Shown piece after piece: positions 47,013 to 56,656 of a stretch of 64,000 nt of DNA. Each line of letters opens with the position of its first letter. Within the stretch, counting starts at the first letter, position 1. The DNA is taken from positions 8,638-72,637 of the forward strand of contig JAZOWW010000021.1 of assembly GCA_045659425.1 (NCBI GenBank). Direction: 5' to 3'. Source of the DNA: Alistipes sp. (lineage in GTDB: Bacteria > Bacteroidota > Bacteroidia > Bacteroidales > Rikenellaceae). The notes beneath the pieces were generated by a model. The model had not been told where the DNA came from and ran no database searches. It saw only the letters and a program-made list of their open reading frames with translations. Made by a program: the position numbers and the translations under genes.

Positions 47013-50000
47013 TTTGACTTTTCGATTGCTGCAACGGGCACGACATAGTTTGCATTGTTACGGTAGCTGCTGTTGGCGCTACCACTGATGAAGTTGATGC
47101 CCCAGGATGTTTGATAATTGTACTCGGTTGAACTCCAATGCCAGCTATTGGTAATTTGAGGGAACAGCGTGTCGCCATTATTATCAACAAGGTTGCGCGG
47201 TTTTGCGAAAATTGGAATAGAGTGATCGTACTCGGGTTCCGTGTCTGGAATTGTATAACCCTTGCGGTGATACCAATACAAGCGCGACAGCTCGCCTTCC
47301 GATGGCAAATACCAATTGCCCTGTTTGTAGGCGTCTGCGAGTACCTCACCCTCCATTACCGAAGGTTCGTAGAAGTTGCAGATTGATGCAGCTCTATAAT
47401 AGTAGAGGCGAAGAATATAGTCCTCGCTATTGCTATCTGCGTTAAACTCATTGTATTTTTCATCAAGTTCTGCCAAAGAGTTTGGGATATCCAAGTCTGC
47501 AAGAAGAAGCATTTCGTTTCTGTACGCAATAATTTTCTGCGTGTTGCCTCGTCCATCCCAGTCAGAGAATGAACCTGCAGTAAACTCCCTAAACGCATCC
47601 CCATCAGGAGTAAGATACAATGACTCCCAATCGGAGTACTCGGGGACATAGCTTGTCGAACCATTATAATTAGTGTAGTTCTTGAGTGTAGGTATATCTC
47701 CTGTTGGGTTAGACTGCGTATTTATACCCCAAGTTGCAGTGCCTGGTCGATGACGACCCACTATTCGAATCAAACCGTCCTCTGCCTCGTCTATTTGATA
47801 CACAATGCCAACTACGGTCTTATTTCTATCAAGAACATCATCAAATGTGCCATCTGCATACGCAAAATCACCTACTCTAACAGCTCTCTTATAGAAGCCT
47901 ATTGTCTTCGAAATAGAGATTGCTACACCATCGCTTAAACGAGTTGTCGTCGCTGTTATTACAGCAGTTGGTTCTCCAACTGTGGCATCGTTTTTCAGCG
48001 TCAGCACACCTGTATTCTCGTTGATAGTGGCGTATGTTTCATCATCAATAGACCATTTTATAGGTGTAAAGTAGTTAGCTGAAGCTGGCGAGGGGACTGC
48101 TTTATATTCATATTTACCAGCCTTATATATGTAGCTTGAGCCCGTAATATGTAGCGCACTGATGTTACGAGTAGTGTATATTACATGCAAATCGTTGTCG
48201 GGGTCATCGATGTCGCCAAATGCTTGCATTAAAATAGCCTTCTGCTCGTAGTTAATAGTAGAGCTTGAAGATGTAGCCAAGTTGATAGTTCCCGAGAGTT
48301 TAGCCCCTATCTGGGCAAGATAGAGCAGATGATCAACCGAGAAGTTTGTCCAAGCAACACCATCTATCTCTACTACTGCGAGGATACGATTCTCTCTATT
48401 TAGGCACGCTTCAATGATAATCTGGCTATTCACTCCTGGACAACCGCTAATATCTACCTGGGTCATCGAGTCAGCACCCTCAATGGTAAATGTTGAGAGT
48501 TTTGACAATCCTGATAGACGAAGGCGTTGGATAGTAGCAGGGAGTCGCATTTCGGTCAGACTATCTGTTGAAGGTAGTGTAATGCCGACTATTGGCGTGC
48601 CTCGGAAGTCTATTCGCTCGATCATCTCGCTGGCAATGGTTACAGCTCGAGTTAGAGAGGTGTTATAGGTAACAACGACCTCCTTGAGCATCGTACACGC
48701 AGATAAATCGAAGCCAGAATTGGAGAGCTGCGTATTCGGTGTATCGGCAGTATGTGCCAGGATGAGCCTCTTTAAGCGACGACATTTGGGAAGATTAGTT
48801 TGAATGTCAATTTGTCCAAGACCCTCCAAGCCTTTCTCTGTTGTTGTGCCATCAGCACCGACGGTATAGGTTGATATCTCAGTCAGCAAATCTGCATCAT
48901 AGATAGAGAAAGTAACCTCGTTTGCGCCGCTTGCAGTGATACCGTTCTCGAAATATGCAGGACTTCCAGCCTCAATGTTTCGTTGAGATTTAACACCTCC
49001 CGAGCCCCAGTTGAGTGATGCGTAGATAGGACAATAGTGGCGTAGTGCGACACCTGCGCCTCTCTTCCATAAACGAAGCATCAATACATTTGAAGAACTT
49101 TCGCCTGTGGCACACTTCGAGTCCCAATAACGCTGTCGGTACTTGTAGAAGTATCGAGTAAGCTCGAGCTTATCTCCATACGCCATCGAAAAGTTACCCG
49201 TATTTGCATACCCCATACCATCCACATTATAAAGAGCCTCGCACCAATGCGACCAATACTCTTTGTATTTAGCAAAAAGAGCTGAAGCGTTAAGTCCTCC
49301 GCTACGCATTGCTACATACATCGCCTTGATATCAGCTTCCCAGACTTTGGCAACACAATCCCATAAACCCGACAATCGTCCATTGAAGATTGGTGTGCCA
49401 GCAGAAGTGGTGGCAGTATATGTTCCTGTGGCAGCATCGTATGTTTCCCCGAGAACTGTTCCAGTCTGCCCCGTTGTAGCATCAAAGGAATCTCCCCATT
49501 CGTGGAAGAACATCCATCGAAGCAGACCAGAGTTGTTAAATAGGTTGATGGTGTCCGTATCTCGTATGAATACGAGCCAATTGGCATTATCTACCGTTAC
49601 ATCATCACACGCGATAGACATATTCTTATCCATCGAGTCAGTGCCGAGGTGGTATGTAAGGAAAATAAAGTAGAATATAGCACTCCACTTGTTAAGATAC
49701 CTCGAGTACTCGGTGGCAAACTTGGCATATCGATATGCTGGGGTATCGGTTGTAAATACCTCCTCTCCATAGGTGTACTGCTCGTAGCCATCTTCTGCTA
49801 TCGACAACTTTCGATAATTGCCATAGCGCAGTCTATATCGCTCGGCGACGGTAGGATTGCAAGACTGAATCCAATTGTGAAAGCGACGAAGAGCAGCTGT
49901 TTCTACATTGGCTTGCGACACCTGGTCTGAAGATCCTGCAATACCAAGTTTCTCCCCTGTCACGAGCGACTTTTTCGGTACTCGAGCATAGTACAAAGTG

Positions 50001-52723
50001 GTTGTAAGGCTATCAAAGCCATCGTTCCATTTAGCCTCGTCAAGATGACTCATAAAGAAGTTGATATTGTCATCTACCTCCCAAATCTGATTCTTATCCG
50101 ATTTTTTCGAGTACCCAAACATTGATGGGCTATACTTGTTGTTTATGAAGTTGTAGAGCGACAAGAACGAAACGGTGGGATTTCCAGCGTTATCAAAAGT
50201 TCTGCGAAAACCTATCTCGGGGAAGCCACTTAAAGACTGTCTAAATGTGATATCCAGACCTGCTGCATCTTGTTCTGCTTGGCGAGCTGTCAAGATACTT
50301 GGGTAACCGCTGGCAGCAGTAGCGACTGCCACCAATATATCCTGGTACACATTCATTGCAAGCATATTGAAAATGCCTTCACAAGACGCAAAGTTTACCT
50401 TGTGGACAAAGTCGGTTTCGGCGGCTTCCACACCAGGAGTGATAGAAAACTTTGTTATCACTACATCACCTTCAGGAAGATTGACAACCCAAGCATTATC
50501 ACTATTAAACTCGAATGTTTCTGCCCAATTCTTATAAGGCAGGGGGTAGTTGTTTGACGATGTGCCATCGCCATTTATCTCGTGCGCTCCAGCTGTAAAA
50601 CTTGCTCGAGCATAGCCCAACTCCTCATTCCATTGAGGATTGACAAATACAGTCCTATCGCAGGTGCGTGGATCGTTCTTTGAAGTGGGCAACTGCTTCA
50701 TCTCCCAAATGATGTATGGTGTGTTCGGAAGAGCTGTAAGAACCTTTGCCAAACTTACAGCACCAGCACTATCAAGAACATCATTTCTTTTTGCGATTGC
50801 AATCTTTGCCTCCAAATCAGGTGTATCATAGGCGTAGTTGTCAATCATTTGACGATAGTTCAGGCTCTTGTCATATACTCTAACGGTATAGAGTATAACA
50901 TCGCAATCGGGCGAGCCGATTACGACCTCTTGAGGTGTCGTTTGCCTCCACTCGGAGGTGTCGTAGTTCATCATACGCACGATGACACCATTAACATACA
51001 TATATGCGATGTTCGCATATGTTGTTGTTGAACCTTGCTCCGAGTTTCCTGTGTCGTTCACGCAGGTTGTTGTTTGTCCATCAATACAGAAACCAACGCG
51101 AACACGCTGTTCATCGCAGTACAAAGTGTGTATCTCTCCAGCAGCACAATGAAGTTCTACTCGGTTTGCATAGACTACAAAACCGATACCGTCATTCAAA
51201 CAACGAATAATCTGGGCATCGATATTGGTACAGTTTCCCGTTTCAAACTCAAATTCGATAGTCTTTCCTGTACGAGCAGCCGAAGCTTCAGCATTAACGC
51301 CAAAATCTGTCGCAAAAGGCGATAATCCCGATAGTGTTATACTCTTGCCAGCTTTAATGTGGAAACCGTCGTTATGGAAACCGTTATCACCAATAAGGTC
51401 GAAGTTGTCAGAGCGCACAACCGTACAAGTTCGGACTCCTCCGTATTCCGAGTGCCAATCCTCCGCATCGCTATCAGCATTAGTTCTACCTGCTGCCGAA
51501 AGATGCACCTTACATTCTGAAGCAGCTTCCAATGTTACTCCTGCAGATATAACCTCCAACTCAAACGATGTACTTGCAGTACCTACCTGAATGGTTGGTA
51601 CGATGGTGCCAAGATAGGCATTATCGCCAAGTGTTAATCTCCACTCCTGCATTCCTGAGGTAAGATCATTGAGCAGCTGCACTTGCTGTGATGTAACACT
51701 CGATAGTGCAGTACCAGACTTGTCGAGTACGACAAAGTTTACGGTTACGATATCACCAGGATTACCCGTTGGGAAATAGAAGTAGTAGGGAATTGATGCC
51801 GTGCCATAAAGTTTTGCTTTTCGGGCTGTATCTTTTCCGATACAAACCGAAGGCGATGATAAACCTCGCTTGATAAACGAGGTCGTGATAACATCTGTGG
51901 TGATTCCATACTCTGCATTTGTTGCATAGAGCTTAATGGTGTGAGAACCGTATGCCAAAGCATTAGCGGCATCAATAATAAAATCATATGTTGAGTTGTT
52001 GATTGTTGCCAGCTGCTCGGTCAGAGGATCATCATCAATTATCAAGTGTACTTCAGCCGAGGTACCACGACAAGCGACACGGAGGAGCCATCCAGCATCA
52101 CGCACAGAACTCTCATCGTAGCTGTCATCAATTGCCAATATGATTTCTCGAGTGTCGAGGGTGAAAGTCCATTGGCGCGATTTGCCGTGTGCATTGCCGA
52201 TAGTCAATTGCACAGAGTTCGTTTCTTGCGTCAGGTATGGACCGAGGTCGATGGAGAACTCTTGTCCACCAGCTGGGAGGCTCATCGATAAGGCATCGAC
52301 AACTGTTGAGTTGATAATAACTCGAGCATAGCCTGGCTCACTATCCAAATCTGCGCTATCTGAACCATAGTATGAGTTGTATGTGAACTTGACAATGTTG
52401 CTGGCACCCTTCACAACCGTTGAAGCAGGTTGTTGCGTTATTCGTGCTGCGAGAGTGTAGTCTGCACTACCCGTCTGCTCATAGAACTCGACCTGCGTCA
52501 ATATCAAACTTTGTTTGTTGTCTGGATCTGCAGCCCACTCGTTATAAGAATCAACACTGGCGAAACCACGCACCGTTGCCTTGCCCGTTTCGTCAGATGT
52601 TTTATCCAAATATCCTAATCTTTCTCCAAAAAGCTTTTTGATAAACTTCTCGACAAATTCTCCCGAATAGCCCTCCCATGGTGTTGAGATGTCAAGAATA
52701 TCCTTTTCGATTTTTTCAGCCAT
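47006..52723 (-). CDS. DGR target: 1905-aa tail-fiber / receptor-binding-like protein with C-terminal variable DUF1566 / C-type-lectin-like domain
   Basis: Largest ORF of the tail block. LRR-like segment (LKRLILAHT...LTEMRLPATIQRLRLSGLSKLSTFTIEG). Ig-like segment (ATINENTGVLTLKNDATVGEPTAVITATT). C-terminal GNWYLPSEGELSRLYWY, and a VR-encoded end SWGINFISGSANSSYRNNANYVVPVAAI. Confidence 0.85.
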   Translation of the reverse strand: MAEKIEKDILDISTPWEGYSGEFVEKFIKKLFGERLGYLDKTSDETGKATVRGFASVDSYNEWAADPDNKQSLILTQVEFYEQTGSADYTLAARITQQPASTVVKGASNIVKFTYNSYYGSDSADLDSEPGYARVIINSTVVDALSMSLPAGGQEFSIDLGPYLTQETNSVQLTIGNAHGKSRQWTFTLDTREIILAIDDSYDESSVRDAGWLLRVACRGTSAEVHLIIDDDPLTEQLATINNSTYDFIIDAANALAYGSHTIKLYATNAEYGITTDVITTSFIKRGLSSPSVCIGKDTARKAKLYGTASIPYYFYFPTGNPGDIVTVNFVVLDKSGTALSSVTSQQVQLLNDLTSGMQEWRLTLGDNAYLGTIVPTIQVGTASTSFELEVISAGVTLEAASECKVHLSAAGRTNADSDAEDWHSEYGGVRTCTVVRSDNFDLIGDNGFHNDGFHIKAGKSITLSGLSPFATDFGVNAEASAARTGKTIEFEFETGNCTNIDAQIIRCLNDGIGFVVYANRVELHCAAGEIHTLYCDEQRVRVGFCIDGQTTTCVNDTGNSEQGSTTTYANIAYMYVNGVIVRMMNYDTSEWRQTTPQEVVIGSPDCDVILYTVRVYDKSLNYRQMIDNYAYDTPDLEAKIAIAKRNDVLDSAGAVSLAKVLTALPNTPYIIWEMKQLPTSKNDPRTCDRTVFVNPQWNEELGYARASFTAGAHEINGDGTSSNNYPLPYKNWAETFEFNSDNAWVVNLPEGDVVITKFSITPGVEAAETDFVHKVNFASCEGIFNMLAMNVYQDILVAVATAASGYPSILTARQAEQDAAGLDITFRQSLSGFPEIGFRRTFDNAGNPTVSFLSLYNFINNKYSPSMFGYSKKSDKNQIWEVDDNINFFMSHLDEAKWNDGFDSLTTTLYYARVPKKSLVTGEKLGIAGSSDQVSQANVETAALRRFHNWIQSCNPTVAERYRLRYGNYRKLSIAEDGYEQYTYGEEVFTTDTPAYRYAKFATEYSRYLNKWSAIFYFIFLTYHLGTDSMDKNMSIACDDVTVDNANWLVFIRDTDTINLFNNSGLLRWMFFHEWGDSFDATTGQTGTVLGETYDAATGTYTATTSAGTPIFNGRLSGLWDCVAKVWEADIKAMYVAMRSGGLNASALFAKYKEYWSHWCEALYNVDGMGYANTGNFSMAYGDKLELTRYFYKYRQRYWDSKCATGESSSNVLMLRLWKRGAGVALRHYCPIYASLNWGSGGVKSQRNIEAGSPAYFENGITASGANEVTFSIYDADLLTEISTYTVGADGTTTEKGLEGLGQIDIQTNLPKCRRLKRLILAHTADTPNTQLSNSGFDLSACTMLKEVVVTYNTSLTRAVTIASEMIERIDFRGTPIVGITLPSTDSLTEMRLPATIQRLRLSGLSKLSTFTIEGADSMTQVDISGCPGVNSQIIIEACLNRENRILAVVEIDGVAWTNFSVDHLLYLAQIGAKLSGTINLATSSSSTINYEQKAILMQAFGDIDDPDNDLHVIYTTRNISALHITGSSYIYKAGKYEYKAVPSPASANYFTPIKWSIDDETYATINENTGVLTLKNDATVGEPTAVITATTTRLSDGVAISISKTIGFYKRAVRVGDFAYADGTFDDVLDRNKTVVGIVYQIDEAEDGLIRIVGRHRPGTATWGINTQSNPTGDIPTLKNYTNYNGSTSYVPEYSDWESLYLTPDGDAFREFTAGSFSDWDGRGNTQKIIAYRNEMLLLADLDIPNSLAELDEKYNEFNADSNSEDYILRLYYYRAASICNFYEPSVMEGEVLADAYKQGNWYLPSEGELSRLYWYHRKGYTIPDTEPEYDHSIPIFAKPRNLVDNNGDTLFPQITNSWHWSSTEYNYQTSWGINFISGSANSSYRNNANYVVPVAAIEKSKV
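47025..47107 (-). repeat. DGR variable repeat (VR), 83 nt, last ~28 codons of the target gene
   Basis: Differs from the TR at 7 positions, every one a TR adenine. On the coding strand the changes are AAC->GGC, AAC->ATC, AAC->AGC three times, and AAC->TAC. Confidence 0.85.
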
Positions 52724-52735
52724 AGTATTGATTAT

Positions 52736-52906
52736 TTAGTATTTCCAAGAATCAGAACCCTTCCAAGCTTTATCACTGCGCCACCATCCTGAACCAAAAC
52801 AAGAGCTTACAGCCTCCCAAATTTTCTTTGCCCCGAGATATAGCGTTCTTATGGCGATTTTTCCATAATACAGTCGCCCAACTTTTTCTTTGCCCACAAA
52901 AAGCAT
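52736..52906 (-). CDS. Small ORF (56 aa) between baseplate-like gene and tail fiber
   Basis: Below the ORF-track size cutoff. My translation is MLFVGKEKVGRLYYGKIAIRTLYLGAKKIWEAVSSCFGSGWWRSDKAWKGSDSWKY. The ATG lies 4 nt after the upstream stop. Confidence 0.3.
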   Translation of the reverse strand: MLFVGKEKVGRLYYGKIAIRTLYLGAKKIWEAVSSCFGSGWWRSDKAWKGSDSWKY

Positions 52907-52909
52907 ATC

Positions 52910-53440
52910 TTACTCCTCCTCGATATAATAAAGTTGTCCTGGCTCAAATGTGTTGTCGGCAATCATCTTTTCCATTACCTCTTCACTCTCCACTCGCTGG
53001 GGCGTGAGTAATTTTATTTGAGCTTGGATGCCTTGTATGTTATTAACCACCGATTGAAGTGTTGATGTTTCCAGAACACTCGTATCATCATCGGTTGCAC
53101 CCGTCCATAATAGTACATCGAGAGCCCCAGGAACAGGGCAAGCTCGCTCTCCCTTTGGGAAAGCACTATCAATAACATACTCTATGAGAATATATCGTAG
53201 TTGTCCGTTGCCGATATGTTTTTCAGAGAGTGCCAGGTGCGATGATAATATCTTTCCATCATCCGAAATCGAGCAATATTTTCGTTTGTCGCCATTTCGC
53301 TCCACGATGAACTTACCACACATCTCGTCAGTGTAATATTGTACCTCGAGGTGTGCTGGCACATCGACTTGTGCGCCATCTTTATAGAATTTGTGCGAAA
53401 CGGTGAAGTCGCCTCTGCTATTTTGTTTTCTTGTAGCCAT
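52910..53440 (-). CDS. Hypothetical phage tail/baseplate-block protein
   Basis: 176-aa ORF, co-oriented and abutting its neighbours. No motif recognised. Confidence 0.45.
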   Translation of the reverse strand: MATRKQNSRGDFTVSHKFYKDGAQVDVPAHLEVQYYTDEMCGKFIVERNGDKRKYCSISDDGKILSSHLALSEKHIGNGQLRYILIEYVIDSAFPKGERACPVPGALDVLLWTGATDDDTSVLETSTLQSVVNNIQGIQAQIKLLTPQRVESEEVMEKMIADNTFEPGQLYYIEEE

Positions 53441-53441
53441 A

Positions 53442-54572
53442 TTATCCTATATAAAATTCAGGTAACGATTCAGCCTTATTAAATCCGCTTCCCTCCGCAG
53501 CTTCTGCATAGTGGAATTTGAAAGTGAAACTATCTGCCTCCATCGTGGCTCTTTCTGTCTTATACTCCTCGACAATAATCTTTCGATATGTGCCATTCTC
53601 AAGAAGGATGTATCTGTTTGTTGAACGCAGGAACTCGTGCCACAGGTTTTCTTCCTGCGCCGTTACGATATAGCCCGTATTTACCTCCCACGACTTTACA
53701 TAGGCATTATGTACCTCTGTTTCCTTTCTACGCACCATTGAGGTTTGAACATCTCCTTTTGCGGAGCTTACTACCTCGCCCGTCGCAGTAATCGTATCAA
53801 AGCCCCCAAGTGTATTCTGAAAGAAGAAATGCGTGTGCGAACTACTGCGAGGGCGTACAATAAATCTTTGAGGGTTAATCACAACACTATCGTCAGTATT
53901 TTCGTCAATGCCTCCATAGATGTCGTATGCGACAACTTCATCATCGATTTGAAGCATTTCTGATAGTATTGCGATTCTATTATACGAACAATCGATCCTG
54001 TACAGGGTTAAATCCTGGTCAGCAACCTCCAAACCGAAAACGACTGCCTGATGCGTGCGGTAATAAATCTTGGCAAAGATCTTTCGGTGGCTTGTTGTAG
54101 GGTATGTAATGCCCTCATCAGGACCCTCGTTGCAAATGACAAAAGACAGCTGCTCTTTCACTCCTGGTGAGGTGTAGCAGATTTGTGGTCGCCAGGTCAA
54201 AAAGTTGTGCTGAATAAATTCATATTCATTAGAGATTTCAAGCTTATCGTATCCGCCAAAAATTGCATATATAGAGTATGACCAAACAGTAGCCTCATCA
54301 GTCTCATTGCGTATTTGTATGGAAACTCTATCGAGCGGATACACAACCTTTGCGACATCTGTTATATGAGGAGTGTAACTTTTACTATAATTTCGTATAA
54401 TTTCTGATATACACAATCGTATATTCGAGTCTATTGCATACAACCTAAATACAGTAGATGGAGAAGTATCTGAGTGTATAACAATAGGACAGCTAACATC
54501 TTCGCCGATATCAGCAAGGATGTCTGCCATATTACAAGAGAATATCGACTTGGTTTGTTTAATCGCACCCAT
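53442..54572 (-). CDS. Hypothetical phage tail/baseplate-block protein
   Basis: 376-aa ORF. Called from position between the tape measure and the fiber. Confidence 0.45.
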   Translation of the reverse strand: MGAIKQTKSIFSCNMADILADIGEDVSCPIVIHSDTSPSTVFRLYAIDSNIRLCISEIIRNYSKSYTPHITDVAKVVYPLDRVSIQIRNETDEATVWSYSIYAIFGGYDKLEISNEYEFIQHNFLTWRPQICYTSPGVKEQLSFVICNEGPDEGITYPTTSHRKIFAKIYYRTHQAVVFGLEVADQDLTLYRIDCSYNRIAILSEMLQIDDEVVAYDIYGGIDENTDDSVVINPQRFIVRPRSSSHTHFFFQNTLGGFDTITATGEVVSSAKGDVQTSMVRRKETEVHNAYVKSWEVNTGYIVTAQEENLWHEFLRSTNRYILLENGTYRKIIVEEYKTERATMEADSFTFKFHYAEAAEGSGFNKAESLPEFYIG

Positions 54573-54627
54573 ATATAACTTTTTACTACAAAATTACGCT
54601 TCTATATTATGTATTGAAAGGACAATA

Positions 54628-56655
54628 TTACACCCTCTTTAATACTCCCTGTGCATATATCTGTGATGAATCTTCTCGAGGTGAGATATTCGTTATTGCA
54701 AATGGAATACCCGTCTTGGTTTCACTTTGTGTGCTATTAAGAGGGATTGTTAATGTAACGGCAGATTGTGAGGTGTCTGAACTTTGGTCATACACCTCTA
54801 CCGTAACAACTACTTCAGAGGTTACTTTGTATTTAGATACAGCCTTAAACTTCATATCCTCATAATCTCCCCAATACTCTATATTGACAATATTTTTATC
54901 ATCTTCAGAAATTGTCATTGGAGCCTCAATGAGTTCAACTCGGGTTGCGATATGGTCAATATTGGCTATGAAGGTGTGAGTGATCTTCTTAATGAAGAAA
55001 ACTTGTCCATATACCATAATCTTACGATACAATCGCAAATCGGCTATCTCTTGTAATGACAAGAACACATCCATTGTTATTACTCGCCTATTTTCAGCCA
55101 ACCATTCTGCAAAATGTCTATGGAAGCGACGGTATAATACAGCTGGATCAATAGACAAGTTACTATTTGCCCACTCGCCAGTATTGGAGTGGATCTTGCT
55201 GGTTGGGCGTTCAAAATAGACACCTTTATCTACCAACTGATTATTTATTAAGGCTCCAATCCAAATATCCGATGATCTTTCGTCTTCGGCAGCAGGGAAC
55301 TTGATAATAGGACAAACCTGATGCAATGTAATAGAGGGACTCAAATCATATACAGAGGTAACGGGAATACATCTCACGCACTTAAAATCCACGCTATTGT
55401 CAAACGAGTTTTCCTTCTCATCGTCAGATGCTACCTTGTGTAGTTTGTGCAATAACATATCCATATACGGCAAAGTGTATTGTGAGTTTGTAGCAGTTGT
55501 AACTGTCATCTTCTTTCCTGAATACATATCGCCTGTCGCAAGATTGCGTACAGCAACATATTCACTACTGTTCTCAATGGTTTGGATAACACTCAGCATA
55601 TTACTAACATCCACAATAGAACCGCTGGTAGCTCCTGATGACTCGCTCTCTGTTGTATAGGTGTTTTCGCTATCGTCGTTGGAATAACCAAAGGAATATG
55701 AAGACGATTCCTCTCGTGAAAGAGAATATTCATCTAACACTTTATTGGTCCAGTCTATGATTGTGCTATCTGCTAAAACCTCTCTGTTTGTCTTCAAAGC
55801 AAATGATTGTCCCTCCCTAAATATCGAGGCACAGAAGAGTCGTGCGATGTTTGTTACCAAATCCAGCACAGTGCATTCTGGTAACATATCTGCCACATCT
55901 AATAGAAGCTTGTAGTTTTCTGTTTGTTGGAAACCGTAAAGAGCGCATAGTTGTTTGCTACGATGCAATCCAAGTATTGCGAGTGATTCATATAGTGTTG
56001 ATATTTTTTCACTGACGCTAATTCTTTTAAACGCCTCAGAAAGGATACTTGCCACTTTAACAGCAGGGGTTACAACGCTCATTATTGGAGCCCAGTAGTA
56101 ATTGTGGTACTTAACAATATACTCTGCTTGCTCTGCACCAATATCATTTTTCGTATATTCGACATCTGTGATGTTCTCTTCCCCTACAATCATCGGAATT
56201 TCAAAATCTTTGATGAACTCAGCTTTACCGTCCTGAATATATCTAAGATGCTGGTTAAATTGCTGAATGTAGGAGTTGCCTCTGTTTACCTCTATCCTCG
56301 ACAGATGCGTGAGCTTATGAATATACCCACCCCATTCATCCTCTAAATCTCGACCAGCAAAGGTGTAATTTAGTTTGCCATCCTCCACGCTATCATACTC
56401 CAACCGTCCCCAAAACAGAGGAATACCGCCAGCGTGTATCGATACGGAGAGTTGCTTTACATCTGGCTCTCGATACATTGCCGCAAGGTAGCCAAATACA
56501 GACTTGTTTTTTGCAGTAGGCAGAAAGGCAATGCTCGTTGAATACGCAATAGGGATGTGCGTGTCATCGAGCATTGGATTCTCCATCTCTATCTCAAATT
56601 CGTATGACGGGTCGATATCAAGCGATACTCCCGAGGCTGTTATAATCTCAATCAT
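54628..56655 (-). CDS. Hypothetical phage distal-tail-like protein
   Basis: 675-aa ORF starting 2 nt after the tape measure stop. Called from position only. Confidence 0.45.
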   Translation of the reverse strand: MIEIITASGVSLDIDPSYEFEIEMENPMLDDTHIPIAYSTSIAFLPTAKNKSVFGYLAAMYREPDVKQLSVSIHAGGIPLFWGRLEYDSVEDGKLNYTFAGRDLEDEWGGYIHKLTHLSRIEVNRGNSYIQQFNQHLRYIQDGKAEFIKDFEIPMIVGEENITDVEYTKNDIGAEQAEYIVKYHNYYWAPIMSVVTPAVKVASILSEAFKRISVSEKISTLYESLAILGLHRSKQLCALYGFQQTENYKLLLDVADMLPECTVLDLVTNIARLFCASIFREGQSFALKTNREVLADSTIIDWTNKVLDEYSLSREESSSYSFGYSNDDSENTYTTESESSGATSGSIVDVSNMLSVIQTIENSSEYVAVRNLATGDMYSGKKMTVTTATNSQYTLPYMDMLLHKLHKVASDDEKENSFDNSVDFKCVRCIPVTSVYDLSPSITLHQVCPIIKFPAAEDERSSDIWIGALINNQLVDKGVYFERPTSKIHSNTGEWANSNLSIDPAVLYRRFHRHFAEWLAENRRVITMDVFLSLQEIADLRLYRKIMVYGQVFFIKKITHTFIANIDHIATRVELIEAPMTISEDDKNIVNIEYWGDYEDMKFKAVSKYKVTSEVVVTVEVYDQSSDTSQSAVTLTIPLNSTQSETKTGIPFAITNISPREDSSQIYAQGVLKRV

Positions 56656-56656
56656 A

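Noticed and set aside
46990-47349. 119-aa minus-strand ORF overlapping the VR region in another frame.
   Set aside because: It is entirely contained in the 3' end of the 1905-aa gene, and its peptide has no features. It is a frame-shadow ORF.
47108-52723. A second VR or further TR-like copies elsewhere in the target gene or the prophage.
   Set aside because: Reading the translations, I found no second ...NANYVVPVAAI-like or AAC-derived segment. This visual check is not exhaustive, and a computational TR-versus-window alignment allowing A-mismatches would settle it.
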